A DNA stretch of 64,000 bases from Toensbergia leucococca (taxonomy: Eukaryota): positions 1 to 64,000 of the forward strand of contig JALDZS010000010.1 in assembly GCA_022813965.1 (NCBI GenBank), in the 5' to 3' direction. Below the pieces are notes generated by a model. That model was not told where the DNA came from, ran no database searches, and worked only from the letters and a program-made list of their open reading frames with translations. Below are positions 61,771 to 64,000 of this stretch, piece after piece; within the stretch, counting starts at the first letter, position 1, and each line of letters starts with the position of its first letter. Both the position numbers and the translations under genes were made by a program.

Positions 61771-64000
61771 ATGGACATGAATCTAGAGAGAACGTCCTGT
61801 TTGACATCGCCGAACGTCGCTTGGTTCCCAGTACCGTCTCTGTATGCCTCACTTCAAGATGAAAGCATCAATCTTCTGGAAACATGTTTTGCCTTGGTAG
61901 TGACTGGAGCATTTTTTGAGGCTGACAGGGCCTACGAAGGACTGCCTCAACAACTCAGACACCATTGTGCTACAGTCCTCGGAAGATCGATCGGCTTACT
62001 TCAGCAATGGAGATTCAAGGACGCCTACTTAATTCTGCAAGAAGCTTTGCTCCATGGACCGGATGGACGCAGCTATGAGGAGTATCTCCTCATACGCATC
62101 CTCTTTGCCTACGTGAGCATAAAGTTCAAGGGATCGTTCGTGCAGGCCAGAGACTGCATGAGAGAGTTGAGACTGCTAATAAAGAACGTTCCCATGCAAG
62201 AGCTCAAAGACATACAAGTACGTGGTTACTATCTGAGTTGCAAAAAGGGTTCGCTAACGATGTCCATTCGAAAGGTCTACTGTCTACGAGAGTACCTCCG
62301 GCTTGTCCACGAGGCTAGCAATGGCTCGCCTAATTTCAACACAGAGCCCCTCTTGGGTATCGTAGCATCAAGCGAAGATGGACTCCAAGGCGTTGCTGAC
62401 TTCAGAGCATTTCTCCAACTATCAGGTCGATGGCGGGAAGCATCTCTTGTCCAGGATTTCGAAGAAGATCTATGTACAGATGTGGCTCAAAAAGTAGGAA
62501 CGATTCGATCCCTACTGGCGTCCATGGACACCTCTTTCCGTTCAGTCCCTTGGAGACTTTTAAGGGCAAGCAAGCATTTGGTACTAGCGAATTTCTGCGA
62601 TGAGCAAAAGCGTCAAGAACAAGCTGAGATACAAATTCTGCAGGCCGAGCAGCTTTCGCGTGACCAAAATGGAACCCCACATCCGTTTCTTCATAAGGTG
62701 ATTCGACTGTGCAAGCTGAAGATAGATGCCTCGAGTATACACATGACTGATGCTGAGGCAGCGATTCAGATTGCTGACAGTGCTGAGGCGGAAGGACTTC
62801 ACAGGGCAGAATGTATTGCCTTACAGCTTGTGAATTCTATCCTGACTATACGCCGGCCGGTTTCTCTCTCACATGAGGAACAACAATTGGAAGAAGTGCG
62901 TGAACGGCTCGAACATAGATTGTCAGAGCTGGGTAATATTCAAGACTTTTATGGTACTGCGATCCTGCATCATCATTTGTTGGGCGAAGGCTGTTTCGAG
63001 AGCCTTGAATGGTGGAAACAAGTGGATATACAATACCCGAACTACAACGTCTGGCAACATCGAATTACTCGTCAAATAGAACTTTCGAGGTTTCATGTCA
63101 ACAATGACGAATATGTCCAAGCTTTGGAGGCCAGGCAGCGAGCAGAAGACCTCTTAAAGGACAGCAATTTATTTTGGGCTCCTTGCTTAGTAGAAGGCCA
63201 GCTTGGAACCTCGTTTGGAACACAAGACGGTAGTGCGACATTAGGACAGCCAAGATCATTAGTGCAGCGAAGATCGGCAGCACGGAAAAGCGAACCGCTT
63301 GAGACATATTTTTTTGAAGATTATCAGAAACGTAACATGATAATCCCAGATCCTGACACCGGCCGGCTTTACTACGGCATGCTCGGGACGGACAGCATAG
63401 GGGCGAGGAAAGCTCCCTTCGAGACATTGCTCGCCTGGATTCTGGCGGATCTGGAGATTGGTGAATTATTGCCTACCCAATTCGACCTTGTATTCGGCTT
63501 ATGTCTGGGTGAAATCTCGACTGATGATTTTGTAACATGGATCAAGTCTCTAACTGCTAGTCACTTCATTGTGTTACTCTATGGTCCATTAAACAGTCCA
63601 GTACCTTGCGAACGCTGGCTGAACATATTTTCTGTTTTTCAAACCTGGCTTGTCAATACGGAGAGTTTCCCCAAGGTCCAGCAACAATACATGCTTGTTG
63701 AACTCCAGAACGCCCGGATCGAAAGAATCTCAACCTGTTCAGCATTCGCAGCCATGAATGTCGAGGAGTGTCGCAGGGGTCTTGAGTTGGTGAGAAGTCT
63801 CGATTTTGTCGATAGTTCGAAAGATGCGATCAGACTTTTTGAAATAACATGCCAAACAAGCTTCGCACATTCAATAGGAATTAGCTGGCTAGGATCGTCT
63901 AGCTGGTCCGTGGAAAAGGAGGAAGACTTCACTGAAGCCATGGCAGTGCTTCGGCAGGCCTTGTCCAACACAAAGCCTAATGCAGACTCCTTCCGAGGAG
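61771..64000 (+). CDS. Large alpha-helical/TPR-like protein (>740 aa, truncated by window end); possible TPR-CHAT-type sensor protease
   Basis: Manual translation from ATG 61771 (MDMNLERTSCLTSPNVAWFP...) stays open to 64000; it is absent from the ORF track because it has no stop. TPR-like helices (GAFFEADRAYEGL, WRFKDAYLILQEAL, QEQAEIQILQAEQL, EYVQALEARQRAEDLL, FTEAMAVLRQAL). Possible in-frame intron 62218-62274. Confidence 0.75.
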   Translation, partial: MDMNLERTSCLTSPNVAWFPVPSLYASLQDESINLLETCFALVVTGAFFEADRAYEGLPQQLRHHCATVLGRSIGLLQQWRFKDAYLILQEALLHGPDGRSYEEYLLIRILFAYVSIKFKGSFVQARDCMRELRLLIKNVPMQELKDIQVRGYYLSCKKGSLTMSIRKVYCLREYLRLVHEASNGSPNFNTEPLLGIVASSEDGLQGVADFRAFLQLSGRWREASLVQDFEEDLCTDVAQKVGTIRSLLASMDTSFRSVPWRLLRASKHLVLANFCDEQKRQEQAEIQILQAEQLSRDQNGTPHPFLHKVIRLCKLKIDASSIHMTDAEAAIQIADSAEAEGLHRAECIALQLVNSILTIRRPVSLSHEEQQLEEVRERLEHRLSELGNIQDFYGTAILHHHLLGEGCFESLEWWKQVDIQYPNYNVWQHRITRQIELSRFHVNNDEYVQALEARQRAEDLLKDSNLFWAPCLVEGQLGTSFGTQDGSATLGQPRSLVQRRSAARKSEPLETYFFEDYQKRNMIIPDPDTGRLYYGMLGTDSIGARKAPFETLLAWILADLEIGELLPTQFDLVFGLCLGEISTDDFVTWIKSLTASHFIVLLYGPLNSPVPCERWLNIFSVFQTWLVNTESFPKVQQQYMLVELQNARIERISTCSAFAAMNVEECRRGLELVRSLDFVDSSKDAIRLFEITCQTSFAHSIGISWLGSSSWSVEKEEDFTEAMAVLRQALSNTKPNADSFRG

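Noticed and set aside
1..64000. tRNA, rRNA, CRISPR arrays, telomeric repeats, intact LTR elements or Starship captain genes
   Set aside because: None recognised by eye. A tRNAscan-SE/Infernal run would be needed to exclude small ncRNAs in the longer spacers (25.0-25.9, 31.3-32.7, 58.9-60.5 kb).

Overview
Gene-dense, intron-containing filamentous ascomycete (Pezizomycotina) DNA. Introns are short GT-AG with CTRAY branch points; a lichen-forming Lecanoromycete is my guess, not shown. The first ~3.5 kb is a decayed, stop-riddled, probably RIP-mutated element with a candidate hAT-like end. Positions 3.7-58.8 kb are mostly conserved single-copy genes: DOP1, ATG22, RET3 (zeta-COP), PMR1, RAD21, VTC4, MAK5, TRM7, an atypical Ser/Thr kinase, COQ5, BCKDH E1-alpha, a REC114-like meiotic gene, RSC9, a copper-fist factor, a frameshifted NmrA-like gene, a small secreted protein, a PTS1-bearing heme peroxidase, BFR2, an SQ/TQ-rich unknown, RAD4/XPC and a YJU2/CCDC130-type splicing factor. 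The best candidate for a new system is the head-to-head pair at the right end. One gene is a 316-aa signal-peptide-less, beta-rich protein with an alternating amphipathic hairpin typical of beta-pore-forming toxins. The other is a >740-aa TPR-like ORF, missing from the ORF track, that runs off the window and may be a sensor/protease (e.g. TPR-CHAT). Together they suggest a non-gasdermin, protease-triggered cell-death/allorecognition module; this is inference and needs fold prediction plus the downstream sequence. I recognised no tRNA, rRNA or CRISPR features. All identifications come from manual translation and remembered family motifs; no searches were run.
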